Origin: Octopus bimaculoides | Taxonomy: Eukaryota | NCBI RefSeq assembly: GCF_001194135.2 | Contig: NC_068985.1 | Location: 26,244,386 to 26,308,385 of the forward strand | Length of the DNA stretch: 64,000 nt | Direction of reading: 5' to 3' | In this document: one piece after another, positions 23,741 to 35,900 of the stretch | Position numbering within the stretch: the first letter of the stretch is position 1 | Layout of the letters: the number at the start of each line of letters is the position of its first letter | Position numbers and translations under genes: made by a program | The notes under the pieces: model-generated | The model's input: the letters and a program-made list of their open reading frames with translations, nothing else | What the model was told of the DNA's origin: nothing | Databases searched by the model: none

Positions 23741-23826
23741 CTAGAAGAGTTACAGTTGAACCTGAGGAAAAGGCAACCGATGACTTCCATTATGAAAGAT
23801 TTAAGAAACAAATGAGACGTTATTAA
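23741..23826 (+). CDS. C9orf78: C9orf78 exon 9 (EKATDDFHYERFKKQMRRY*)
   Basis: Matches EKATDDYHYEKFKKMNRRY. Spliced CDS is 888 nt, giving 295 aa. Confidence 0.97.
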
Positions 23827-24189
23827 GCAAACATAAAACATTTGAAAACTTTTCTTTCTGTATGTTTGATGGCCTAACATCATTCACAACTCATGTGACT
23901 GAGATGTTCATCTACATTCGTTGTAAACTTTTGATAATTTCTGTAGATAAATATTCATCTAAATTTACAACTTATTAAATATGTTAATTTACTCATGAAA
24001 TATGTCTTATATAATTGATATCCTTTCTTACACAGTTCCAGTACAGTAAATTTGTAAACAGAGTATTTTATTCTTTAACTTAAAACTTAGCTGTTTTAAG
24101 CAGAAGTAAAACAACAAATATTAACTAGCATAACTTTTTTTCTCTCTCAAGGTTCTAGGTTTATGAGAAAAATAGTGTTTTATCCAATA

Positions 24190-24295
24190 ATAAAATACAA
24201 AGCAATGTTTCTAGTAGACTTTAAACTTAATATTGAAGTGTTAAGAATAAGAGCAATATTTTGCTTATTCAATTTCTTCATTAGTATTTAATAAA
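24190..24295 (+). terminator. Candidate C9orf78 poly(A) signals (AATAAA at ~24189 and ~24290)
   Basis: Hexamers seen 360-470 nt after the stop codon. Usage is inferred. Confidence 0.4.
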
Positions 24296-24329
24296 ACAAA
24301 CAAAAAAATGTCAATTCTTGAAGCATTTA

Positions 24330-25580
24330 ATATTCCAGACACAACAGAAGGCTCCAAAATAGGCAGAGTGTGACATGGTGGTAGAGATCCGTAAAAGACA
24401 AGATAGGAAAGAAGGGGAGGGGTGCAGTGAACAATATCAGGTACCTAAATAACACATAACAAATAAGGAGAGAAGCTGAAAGTAAGAAGTCTGTGAAGGT
24501 TCTATGTTGTGAAGTTTGAATGTTTGGAATTGTAAAACAATGGCAATGTAAATCAGAAGGGAGCTTGTGAAAAGTGTATACATAATTATAGTACTGCATT
24601 AGCTCTTATTGACTCCGAGAAGAAAGAGGCATAGAAATGCTATACGAGCAGTTGCTGAATGAAGAGAATACATAGAACAGAGTGAGGATTAACCCAAACA
24701 GACCCAGCAGAGAGATTAGCTATAAAATCAAAAGGACAATCAAGGATATGAAGGGAAGGTGAAAAGCAGAACCATCAGGTATAGTTGTCAAGATGTTGAA
24801 AATGTCTGGCAAAGCAGGATACTCACATAGTCAACTGAGTAGTACAGGGAGATGTCATCCCCAATAACTGGCACAGTGGTATCATTGTCAACTCTTACAA
24901 GGGCAAAGGAGATATCCTAGAAAGAATTGTCTATGAAAATAGCAGAGAGACTCATAGCACAATTTATTGAGAAGAATTAGCTTAAATGTGATGCAGTTCA
25001 GGTTTGTACCAGTACAGCAAACTACCGATACCTTTTTCTGTGAGATACAACTACAATTTGGTGGCCACTAAGAAAACAGGATGCAAAAAAATGGCATATG
25101 AGAGTTGCGAAAAACCATGTACAGGGTTGCTGTCAACAGAAGGAGAGCAGCCAACAAGTTCAGTAATGAAATTAGCATAAAGGCAGATGTCCATCAATGC
25201 TTGGCTTGTAGTCTGCTTGTTTATTATAATCCACCAGATTACAAATGAGAAGTTCAAGACAGGCATCCCATTGGAATTGTTGTATGCTAGTTTTTAATAT
25301 CTGAATCAGTTGAAGAATTAGAGGAAAAATTCTGAATGTGGAGGCTGTGCCTAGAATCAAGAGACTTAAGAGTAAACATATTCAGGACAAAAGCTTTAGT
25401 TAGGTGAGAAAACAGAACTCTACCACCGTCTGGAAAGAAGCCAAGCATAATATGCAGAAAAGGAGTAGGTAGGAACTCTATATCAAATATCCAATGTCAA
25501 CTATGGACACAAAAGATGCAGTGAGGTCACAGACGTGCTGAAAGAGGAAGATTTCATATATAGCAGTTGCACAAGAGTAA
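24330..25580 (+). mobile_element. Degenerate RTE-type LINE ORF2 remnant
   Basis: Decayed KGKGD (~24900), QFRFVP (cf. QFGFxPG, ~24995) and CRKGVGRNSI..CQLWTQK (~25460) segments. Confidence 0.65.
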
Positions 25581-26348
25581 GCAGTAAGAGCACATTAAAA
25601 ATGCATGCTTTCAAATGCCCAGAAAGGTCAGCATTAGTAGTTGACACCTGATAACAAGTAACCAAATCAACAACATATTTTTTAAATTTAAAAACAAAAA
25701 GTACATTTAAGTCTCCCAGTTAACATGGTGTAAAAATTTCTGTTTATTAGATGAATAGGATCAAACTTTATAAAATATAGTTTTAAGGAGCCTTTTAGAA
25801 TGCAGTATGTCAAAAGTCATACAAAACTTTATCTCCCAGCATTAATGTGTACTATTGATTTCAATCACAATTGGATTTTTTTAACAAAAAAGTATTGGGT
25901 GAGACATTTAGAGACTTTAAGTTATTCTTAAGAAAGTAACGTGACATGAGTAAAAAAAATTTTTTTTAAATGACTAGTTCGTGTGAAACTGGTGTCATTA
26001 AAGAAATAGATGAAATGGTAGTTAACTCTGTTAAGAGTAGATTGGTCTTTAGAAAAGAGTAAACGTGTAAGAAAATGATGTCCCATACAATAGCAAAGCT
26101 TGCAACTGAATAAACACCTATTTTTATCTGTTTCCTTGTTTTAGTAACTTATTTACTGATGACCTTTCAAATGTATTAAGCTTTAAAGCTTAACAAATTA
26201 AAATTAAATTTAAGGAAGCTAAAATTTTCTTGCGTTATTCTTGTCAAAACATTTTGCAGCCATAATGGGGGTGGGGAAGAGATAAAATGAATTCAGTAGC
26301 AATAATATAAAAAGTTAAATTAATTTATAATTGCTAGGAGATACAATA

Positions 26349-26662
26349 CTACGATCGCCAGAAATATGGATCTTGCTGCATCTTTCGAAGAAAGTTACTG
26401 TACCATTTTTCAAGAGTACTAAATGGAATATATGATTCGGATGGATTCATAGGAGCTTTGCAAGCAAACGATGAAGCAAAATTGAACAAATTTTCAACCA
26501 TTTTCTTTGAGAAATCCATAAATGGTTCAAGGTTTGACACTGCTGCAGATGTTGCAGGTGTCTGCTGAGATAAGTCTTGAAGTGGTTCAACAGATATTCC
26601 AATTTGTGATACATTTACTGGTTGACTTGCCATAACTCCAAATGGATTTAGAGATGCTTCCG
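26349..26662 (-). CDS. HIKESHI: Hikeshi (Hsp70 nuclear import carrier), exon 4
   Basis: QIGISVEPL...KMVENLFNFASSF...KWYSNFLRKMQQDPYFWRS* matches human QIGISVE...KMLDNFYNFASSF...KWYENFQRRLAQNPLFWKT. Acceptor ttttatttcag. Confidence 0.96.
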
Positions 26663-26784
26663 CTGAAATAAAAATAAGGAAAGAAATTTAGATCAAAAAG
26701 TATGTTGAGAAGTAAAGTCTTTTCAAAAACAATAATAAACTTAAGATGCTATAACAAGCACATTTTGAACAGATAAAGAAAATA

Positions 26785-27720
26785 TGGATCTATATGGTTT
26801 CGCTCACAGATTTTTTAATTATTTTTTTTTTTAACTAAACAGTTTGAAACTTGGATACTGGTTGTAATTTCTCATGCTGAATATGGTTCACTTTCAACAT
26901 TTTTGACAAAATTTCGTATTTTAGAAGCTATTTCATGTTAAATTTGTTGTATTTGGGTAATTTTAACCAGTCAACAACGTGTATTCAGTTGAAGAAAGCT
27001 ACTGCTGTTTACGATAGTAATTGAAGAGGAACAACTTCTGGGTCATCTCTACTAAATGTCACCACTCTGTTCTATTCGTATGTCAAGTGAAGGTCATAGG
27101 GAAAGTGCTGCTCCTTGGTCATAGCTGACACAAAAGAGAAGCTTTCTTCTATTCTAGTCAGCACCATGCATTCCTTACTCTTTCCCTCTCTACTGGCAGA
27201 CAGCCACTTCTATACTATCAACTACCAAGCAGCGAGCGAACTTGTCACTGCCACTATAATTACTGCTATATTTCTAACTACATGTCAGGCAAACGAATAA
27301 ATATATGTAAATAATATTTCTTCCTTCTTGGTGTTGATTCTTCGATGTTTACTGGTTACTCTGACACAAGAGCCAAAAAAAAAAAAAATAGCAAAGCATG
27401 TAAAATGCAACACAGGCAGTAAACAAACATAAAACAGAACAGAGTGGTCACAGTAGAAATGACCCAGAAGTTGTTCCTCTTCGATTACTATCGCAAACAG
27501 CAGTAACTTTCTTCAGCTGACTACACGTCGTTGATTGGTTAAAATTACCCAAATATGACAACTTTAACACAAAATAACTTCTAAAATATGAAATTTTGTC
27601 AAAAATGTTGAAAGTAAGCCATGTTCAGCATGAGAAATTACATCAGTATATGAAGTTTCAAACTGTTTCATTTTTAAAATATATTTAAAAAATCTGTGAT
27701 CGAAGCTGAACAGATCCGAA
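26785..27720. mobile_element. Large palindromic non-autonomous DNA element (~290-bp inverted arms)
   Basis: 26788-27080 is a reverse complement (roughly 80% identity by eye) of 27430-27718. Related fragment at ~62510-62660. Confidence 0.8.
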
Positions 27721-28271
27721 GATATAAATCTATACAGCTTTGATAAATCAATTCTTTCACAAACAACAAGAATTCATACAATAAATATTTAACTACAGAT
27801 TTGTTCCTATTAAGCAAGAGGACAAATCTTTCCATAAATCAGTTTCTCAGGAAGCCTGTTATATATATGTGTGTGGTTGAGGAGTTTGATTCTGTCAATC
27901 CATTACTCTTTATAATGTATATAAATAATCCTTCCTATGACAGGCTTAAGGTCTGAAATTTTGTGGGGAGGGGGCTAGTTGATTACATCAACCCTAGTGC
28001 TCTCTTATAATGTATTGAACTAATGAGAGAGGTACAATGGCTGTGAGATGAAGGTGTGAGACTACTAACCACACATCTTCAGTTCAATACTTATTAGTCA
28101 CTATGAGTGCTTTAAATGAGGTACACAACTCTACTTGTCTCAATTGGATGAGAAACAGGTTCCAGTTTTCATGGTTAAAAGAGGCAAATATCCATCACTA
28201 TTCTCACACACTAAATATAAAACAGTGAAGAAAAAAATAATAATATAGACCACTAACAAAAGGAAACTTAC

Positions 28272-28376
28272 TTGATTTTAATTTAGATACTTTAAAGATG
28301 GCACTTGGTTTAATATTAGTGATGTGACCAAGGAGAATCCAGCTGGGTCCACTAATACTGGGCCAAGAAAAGTATA
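28272..28376 (-). CDS. HIKESHI: Hikeshi exon 3 ([35 protein letters not shown])
   Basis: Matches VYFSYP...[25 protein letters not shown]/GT flanks. Confidence 0.96.
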
Positions 28377-28550
28377 CTGCAAATAATCAAATAAAAACTA
28401 GTTTTATACAAGGTAAAAAAAGATTTAAAAAAAACACCCCCACCACAAAATATTTCAAATGGTAAGATGATGGCTGTCTCTCAGCAAGGTTACAATAATA
28501 TAAGATTCTTAATAGAGTTAAAACATTCATAAATATTTGTTTGTTTTCTA

Positions 28551-28800
28551 GGCTATGTGATCATGGTTTTGATTCCCAGACCAGCAGAATGTTGTGTTCT
28601 TAAGCAGAACACTTCATTTCATGATGCTCCAGTCCACTCAGCTGTAAATGGTTAACCCTGTGACAGACTGGCATTCCAATCAAGGGGAATATTGGCCTGC
28701 TTGCTTAGCCAATGGGATGACATTATTTGACAGCTATACCAATGCAGGGAAGTGCCTTGTGACCAGTAGTGTATAACAACATCTGATAGTCCGTTTGATA
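28551..28800 (+). mobile_element. tRNA-derived SINE family C copy (degenerate)
   Basis: gattcccagacc...tgctccagtccactcagctgtaaatgg. Confidence 0.6.
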
Positions 28801-29214
28801 CAGTGATAAAGGCCATACAATAATTTGTCATGTAAAGTCAGTCTATGGTTTTGTTCTTTAGTTATAGCGGCTTATTCCACATGTTGCTACCCTGTAGGTG
28901 GAGCAATGTACTATATTACATGCAGCATCAGCCAAAGTATGACAGCATTCAACTAGTGCTGACAATATAATGCATCAGACTGGAGTATGTTGTCATAAAT
29001 ATTATACAATGTTAAAAAGTAGAAATGAAATGAAGTCTACAAATTTTGTAACTGAATATTTGTTGAACAAAAAAATGGAAAAACAGAGAGTTAAAATTAT
29101 TTCACATACAGGTAAAATAAACAATATCATAATTTTTTTTTTTCCATGCAAGCAAGGGTTGGATAGGTTGTCGTGATTTGTATCAGTTCTTATTCAGAAT
29201 TACTATCTTCTTAA

Positions 29215-29422
29215 GGCGGCGAGCTGGCAGAAACGTTAGCATACGGGGCGAAATGCTTAGCGGTATTTCATGTCTTTACATTCTGAATTCAAATTCCGAG
29301 GTTGACTTTTCCTTTCATCCTTTTGGAATCGATAAATTAAGTACCAGTTGCGTACTGGGATTGATCTAATCGACTGGCCCCTCTCCCAAAATTTCGGGCC
29401 TTGTGCCTAGAGTAGAAAAAAA
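29215..29422 (+). mobile_element. Young SINE family E copy with 17-bp TSD
   Basis: TSD aattactatcttcttaa at 29198-29214 and 29423-29439; A-rich tail. Confidence 0.92.
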
Positions 29423-29449
29423 AATTACTATCTTCTTAAATGGGAAACC

Positions 29450-30250
29450 TACGATGTAGTCAGCAGAGTCCTTGTCTTGCATGTGTCTTCTATTTTTGAC
29501 ATGGATTCCATGTCTGGATGTCTTTCTTATCATCAACTACTTCAGAGGGTGCAGTAGGTGCATTTTGTCATGCTGCCAACACTAGAAAGATTGTTCCATG
29601 TGAAGAGGACTACAGAATTTCTAGACAAGTAAGCCTGCTGCTTGACCTGGCTGCATTTCTTTATCTTGCCGTTTCCCATACTCTGTCTTGCCATCCATTG
29701 CAGTCTTGTGTGATATGTCCTTATTTTGGGCAGTTTTTACAAACTATTTTATGGCATAGATTGGATATACTTTATTGTGTTGGTGGCTCTAGAGAGAACG
29801 ACCCTGAAAAAGTAGTCCACACTATATTGTCTCCATTGGTTCCTGTCTCTTTTTACACAATTGGATACCCATCCTATCACAACCACTATAAAAGATAAAG
29901 AGGGTACATTTCATTGTTACCAGCACCAAGAGTCTATGATTGGACTAAAGAGTTTCCCCTAACCTGTATTGGTCTTTATTCTTACTCATGAATTTGTTCT
30001 GAGTGGTAAACATGCTTGGCTAAAGATGTTGTATATATCTCTGTGTAGGGAAGGGTTTCCCTACAAAGAGGTTCAGAACAGCAATAAAGACCATTGGCTA
30101 TAAGGATAGTCTCTGTTCTACTCTCATAGAGATAATTGAGAGAGACAATGTCTCCAATGTAGCATGGCAGGAAGTTTTATAGCAGTAACCTGGGAGAGAT
30201 GATAGTGAGAGGTGGTAACAATGCATTTAGCTATCAAGATAAACAGATTT
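29450..30250 (-). mobile_element. Degenerate LINE ORF1-like remnant with a CCHC zinc knuckle
   Basis: Minus strand 29741-29700 gives CKNCPK*GHITQDC (CX2CX4HX4C). Boundaries uncertain. Confidence 0.45.
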
Positions 30251-30342
30251 CAAAGAGAAGGGATACTCACCCAAGGAATGCAAGCTATGCTGAACATACT
30301 AAACATTTTTCTTATTGGTTAAATATGCATACATTAGATTGT

Positions 30343-30725
30343 TAGGAGTGGCTGTGTGGTAAGAAGTGTGCTTCTCAACCACATGGTTCCAGGTTCAGTC
30401 CTACTGCATGGCACCTTGGGCAAGTGTCTTCTACAATAGCTTCAGATAAACCAAAGCCTTATGAGTAGATTTGATAAATGGAAACTGAAAGAAGCCCACT
30501 GTATATGTATATATCTACGTGTGTCTTTGTGTCTATGTTCATCCACCACCACTGCTTAACAACCAGTGTTGGTATGTTTGTGACCCCATAACTTAGCAGT
30601 TCAGCAAAAGAGGCCGATAGAATAAGTACCTGGCTTAGAAAAAAAGTACTGGGGTCGATTCATTTAACTAAAATTTCTCAATGCAGTGCCCTGGCACGGC
30701 CGCAGTCTAATGACTGAAATAAAAT
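30343..30725 (+). mobile_element. SINE family B, full length
   Basis: Head aggagtggctgtgtggtaag...ggttcagtcc, central (TA/TG)n, tail gcagtctaatgactgaaa. Confidence 0.85.
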
Positions 30726-32381
30726 ATATAAAATATGAAAAAAACCTAAGATAACTTGTCCCTCCCCCACACATCTCAAAATACTAATATTTTAGTTTAA
30801 TAGTTTAAGTGTTTCCTAACATCCATAAACCCAAGTATATTTATTTTCCAGTCAAAAAAAAAAAAAAAAAAAGGAAGAGAGAGAGAGAGAGAGAGAGATT
30901 AGTGTGTTCTGAAGAATAATATATTTAAGAGCTTTTCTTTCACCACAGAATATTTCCATTTTCTGCTTAACTATCCACAACCAGTAATTGTCAGCAATGT
31001 ATATAATTTGCCTGACCTCAAGGGAGAAGGGAAATAGAATCTGTGCTAAATATAAGTGAAGCAAACAGATTCATCTATGTCTTTCCTTTCACTTATATTG
31101 TTCTAAATGCTTAAGTCCCCTTAGCAACTAAACACATCACCACCACCTCTCACCATTATCACTTCCAGGTGACTGCTACAAAATTCCTTACCTTACCAAG
31201 TATTGTCATGGAGACATCGTTACTTTCAACTATCTCTGTATAAATGTCAAACTGAAAGCAGTTAATTTTACAATATAAATTTTATGAAATATATATCATT
31301 ATCATTATTTAACATCTGTTTTTTTCCATGCTGGCACCAACTGGACAGTTTGACGCGAGCTGGAGAGCCACAAGACTGCACCAAGCTCTACTGTCAGCTT
31401 TGACATGCTTTCTATGGCTGGATGCCCTCTTAACACAAACCACTAGAGAGATGGAGGGTGTGTTTGTGTGTGTGTTTAAATACTCTTTCAGATACTGAAC
31501 TAACTGATAACTTTGCCGTTTTGATTTCTACATAAATTAATTAAGATCATTTTTGAATGATTTTTTTAATTGCAAATATGAAATTGAAATTCTACTGAAA
31601 TATTTTTACTGGAATTTTGTTTCTGTATCAGAACCAGTTAGAAATAACTATGTCTGTCACTCAGGAGTAGACTTTTGTAGGGATTAACAAAGAAAAGCAG
31701 TTTTAATTTTATTCAATCGAAGACCAAATATTATTATGATTGACAATATATTGTAAATAGGAAATTTTTTTTAAAGTATGAAAGTTTTCTCTAAATCTTC
31801 TTTCACCCTTTGTAATTGTTGTGTCAATATTGTATTGTATCAATATATTGGTAGAAACCAATACATTGATATAATGTAAGTAAACCACTGATTACTATAA
31901 TCTTAAGCTGTATAAAAGATATTAATCACTCTGAAGCTGATATTACAAACCAAAATAGTATTAGACAGAGAGCTTTAGCAGTAGTAATTGGTCTATCATG
32001 TCATTGACTGTGAATTTTTGACTTTTATTTTGATACTGACACCAACTGTGGCATATCTAAAATAATACAGATTTATCTTCCACATGGTTGAATATTATAA
32101 ACATAATAACTATACAAATAAATATATATGGCTTTATATATATTTATTTATACAAGTATACAAATAAACCTATATACTTCAAGCAAATTTGTAATAAATA
32201 GGACAATGGAGATTTATTTTTGGCAAAAATCAATAAAATCATCAATGAGACTTTACTAAAGCAAAGATCAATATTTAAAAGACTTCAACTAATGTTTTTA
32301 ATTTAATGTAAAAATTTTAACCATCAAAATCATTTAATCACAAAAATCACAAATAAACCTAAAATAAATGCACAATCTTAC

Positions 32382-32511
32382 CAGCTCCACCATAACCATC
32401 AGGAAAAGGAATTTGTCCTGTAAGGAAAACTACTATGTGGTTGATATTTTCAGACTCCAAAATATTAAACAGAAATTGGTTTTCAGTTACCTGTTCACAG
32501 TTTGTTTGGAC
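32382..32511 (-). CDS. HIKESHI: Hikeshi exon 2 (VQTNCEQVTENQFLFNILESENINHIVVFLTGQIPFPDGYGGA)
   Basis: Matches VQTAAQQVAEDKFVF...[21 protein letters not shown]. Acceptor tgattccag, donor gtaaga. Confidence 0.96.
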
Positions 32512-32879
32512 CTGGAATCAGAATTAGAATTCTGGAATCAGAATTAGAAGCTGACCAAAGTATATACAGTTTAATATTATTTATTCAACTGAAATGATAA
32601 AATCAGACCTTCCCCCACTCTCACCAAAGAACAGCATTATAATTAAATCTATTTTCATAATTACTATATTCACAGCTAACTACATGGTGTGGATTCAATC
32701 CCACTGCATGACACCTTGAACAAGTGTCTTCTATTATAGCTCCAGGCTGACTAAAGCATTGTGAGTGGGTTTAGTAGATGGAAACTGAAAGAAGTGTCAT
32801 ATATATATAAAGGTGTATAGGCATGTCAGGAATGGTGCTAGTGAGTTTTGGGAAGCACAGATTTTCAAAGGGTAGTGTC

Positions 32880-35800
32880 CTGACAGCTAATCAACTAATG
32901 TGGGTATTTTAACCCATGCTTTGACAATTCTGAGCATGAAGAAAAATGTTTCTGAAAGTCACGGGTGCTGTACTGTTTTTGATTTTATAAGAATGTCCAT
33001 GGGTGATAGAGATAATGAATTAAAAAAAGCAAAGTTGTTGGAAATAGGGTGGATAATCTCGTGGGCATATATCAAAGCATTAACATGTTATTGCCCTGAG
33101 AAACAAAACATTCAAGAACAAGATTATGAGAGTTCCAGGATGTCTCTCTGGCAGAACTCCATCAATTTGGCGGTATAGCTAATGAGATTGACTGGTTGAT
33201 AATTGACAGGTGATATACATTTACCAGTTTTGATCAGGGGGATAACACTGGAAATTTTCCACTGTTCTAGGTAACACAATTATTAAAGTAGAATTAGAAG
33301 AGGAACGAAAGCTGGTGCAACAGAAGGTCACTGCATTTGGAAAGTAGAAAAATAACTCCTTCCAGAACATGGATTGCAGAGAATTGTGTCAATATTTAAA
33401 ATGGCATCACAACATTGTAGGAGTAAATTCAACAGATTTTATGGAATTTGGTGTTAGTAGTATGAAGGTGGTACGTTTGGATCTTCGAAAGTAAAAATGT
33501 TAGCATTTGGCAATAAGCTCAGCACACTCTTTGAGGTTATCAGTAATCTGTATAGGGATGGAAGGAGCCAACTGGTGAGAATGAGGCCTCTGTTTTGACT
33601 GCGTATACTTCCAGAACATTTTGTTTTCTAGTTTTGTTGCTAAGCACTGTTCAAATTTAAGCACTATCTTTTTAGTTACCTGTTTGATATGGCTGGCTAT
33701 TGTGCCTTCTATTATTCTCTGTTCTATGTAATCCACAGTCAGTATCTTGCTGTTCTCTCTTGGAAAGGTAGATTGTTGCAGTTTCCTAAATTGCACTTTT
33801 TGGATTTCTAACATGTTGAATTAGCACTGATACTTCACATGCAGCCCAGATTGAATTAAGAATGTACTAGAGGATAGTATCAACATCTTTGCAATTGTAA
33901 GTTCAAGTCAATTTTGGTGCTTTAACACAGAACAGTAAGAGTTCCAGTTGAAATGAGCAGTTTATGATAGTGGCAGCTTTCCTTTCAACCAATAAGACAC
34001 AGATTGGCAATGGACATAGCGTGACTGGAGATATCTAAATGTTCCTCAGTAGGGATGTTGATAACACTTTCAGGAGCAGTGATAAACAAATAGTAGATCC
34101 AAAGTGTTGTTATCTCTTGTGGGGGAGTTGATTAATTGAGACCAGCTTGAATCCAGCACTAAATCAAGGAAATTATTTACATTTTGGGGTCAGTGAAAAG
34201 TTTCTCAATTAATCTCTGGGTACTCTTTTACTTGTTTCAGTCATTTGATTGCGGCCATGCTGGAGCACTGCCTTTAGTCGAGCAAATCGACTCCAGGACT
34301 TATTCTTTGTAAGCCTAGTACTTATTCTATCAGTCTCTTTTGCCGAACCGCTAAGTTACAGGGATGTAAACACACCAGCATTGGTTGACAAGCGATGCTG
34401 CGGGGACAAACACACAAACATATACACACACATACATATATGTATATATATACATATATGCGACGGTCTTCTTTCAGTTTCTACCTACCAAATCCACTCA
34501 CAAGGCTTTGGTCGACCCGAGGCTATAGTAGAAGACACTTGCCCAAAGTGCCACGCAATTGGGACTGAACCCAGAACCATGTGGTTGGTAAGCAAGCTAC
34601 TTACCAGACAGCCACTCCTGCGTCTAGTTGAAATTACCAGCAATGCAAACATGAGTAACTGTTTTTACTGATGCAGTTTTGAGGATGTTAAAAAGCTGTG
34701 TCATAACAGTAGTTTGGGAGTGAATTATAAGTGCTTATATAGTTGTCATAGAAAAATATTTCTTGTTGCAATTAGTTGAAATCATTACAAGGATTTGCTA
34801 AAAAGCTCGAGTGAACATAGACCAATCATACCCACCCCACAGCAATTAAAACAGTCTTTATAAAACAAGGTGCAGCCAGCCATGCTAAAAACATCATTGC
34901 AGAGAAAAGAACATGCTCAGGTTTCTGTATCTGTAATAAAATCAGGGTCCTTACTCTTAACATAGAATTCAAAAAGGTGAATCTTCTGCAAGAAGTGTAG
35001 GCATTCAAAAGCAATAATTTTTATCCGGATTTAAGCTTATCATCACTCTTAATGGGATAACATATTGTTCTGGAGCTTTTCCATTGCTACCCAGTGTTGG
35101 TTTGGTATCCTCAAACTAGCTAGTATCCCCAGACTTGACAAATTTCCATATTTCCCTATTATTGAGTAAGGTAACACTTACATGTGGTACTGAATCATGA
35201 TTCAAGGAAGATACAATAAGAAGCTTTGGGTGTATATTGGGTGATAAACCAGGGTGACTTTGATAAGCAATTTGATTTTCACACTTAGCCTTATCAGAGG
35301 TTAATCAGTATGCACATGCCTTGTCTGGGTTCTGGTTGATGAAGGTGGAGAACATTTTTGCTGAGGAACACTGTCAAATTCTTGGACGAATTGTCAGCAA
35401 ATATCCATGGATCAAATATTTCTTCAGATACACCAACAGCAATTATACCATGCATAGCAGATTCAGTGGCTTTAGCATTGCCTCTGGATTGGGCAATAGC
35501 TGCAGGTAGGTTTGCAAGCAAAACATTCTAATATGATACCCTCGTTGTGCAATTCTGTATTAATTTTAGCTTTAATATCTGTTACTTTGATGCTCAACTC
35601 AGAGACAAATTGTTGAATTTCCGCAACTTCATAATGGGTAGCTAGTTTTAGTTTCACAGTGACGGTTGGGGAAGAGATAGAAGCCAGGCACAGAATGGAA
35701 CAACTTGGTAGTTGAACTATTTCCCAGAACCTATTCATCATAGAGTCAGTGTCTTGCTTTCTTTTTTCTTTTTTTTTCTCAGTATTGTTGGGTAGTGGCA

Positions 35801-35900
35801 CATTGACTAGTTTTGTTGCATAGTTCATCCATACATGAAGCTGTGGTAATTTTGTCCTGTCTGTCCGTTTGCACAATTCAAAAAGAAAAAAAGTGCATCT
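32880..35900 (-). mobile_element. Degenerate, internally deleted CR1/L2-type LINE interrupted by a SINE
   Basis: PVNYQPVNLISYTAKLME (~33210-33155; cf. NYRPISLTS), FWKYTQSK...ITDNLKECAELI, and a 3' GHSYKIK...RIVKAW segment. Confidence 0.7.
34221..34622 (-). mobile_element. SINE family B, full length
   Basis: Same family as 19521-19902. Source of ORF 34249..34671. Confidence 0.88.
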
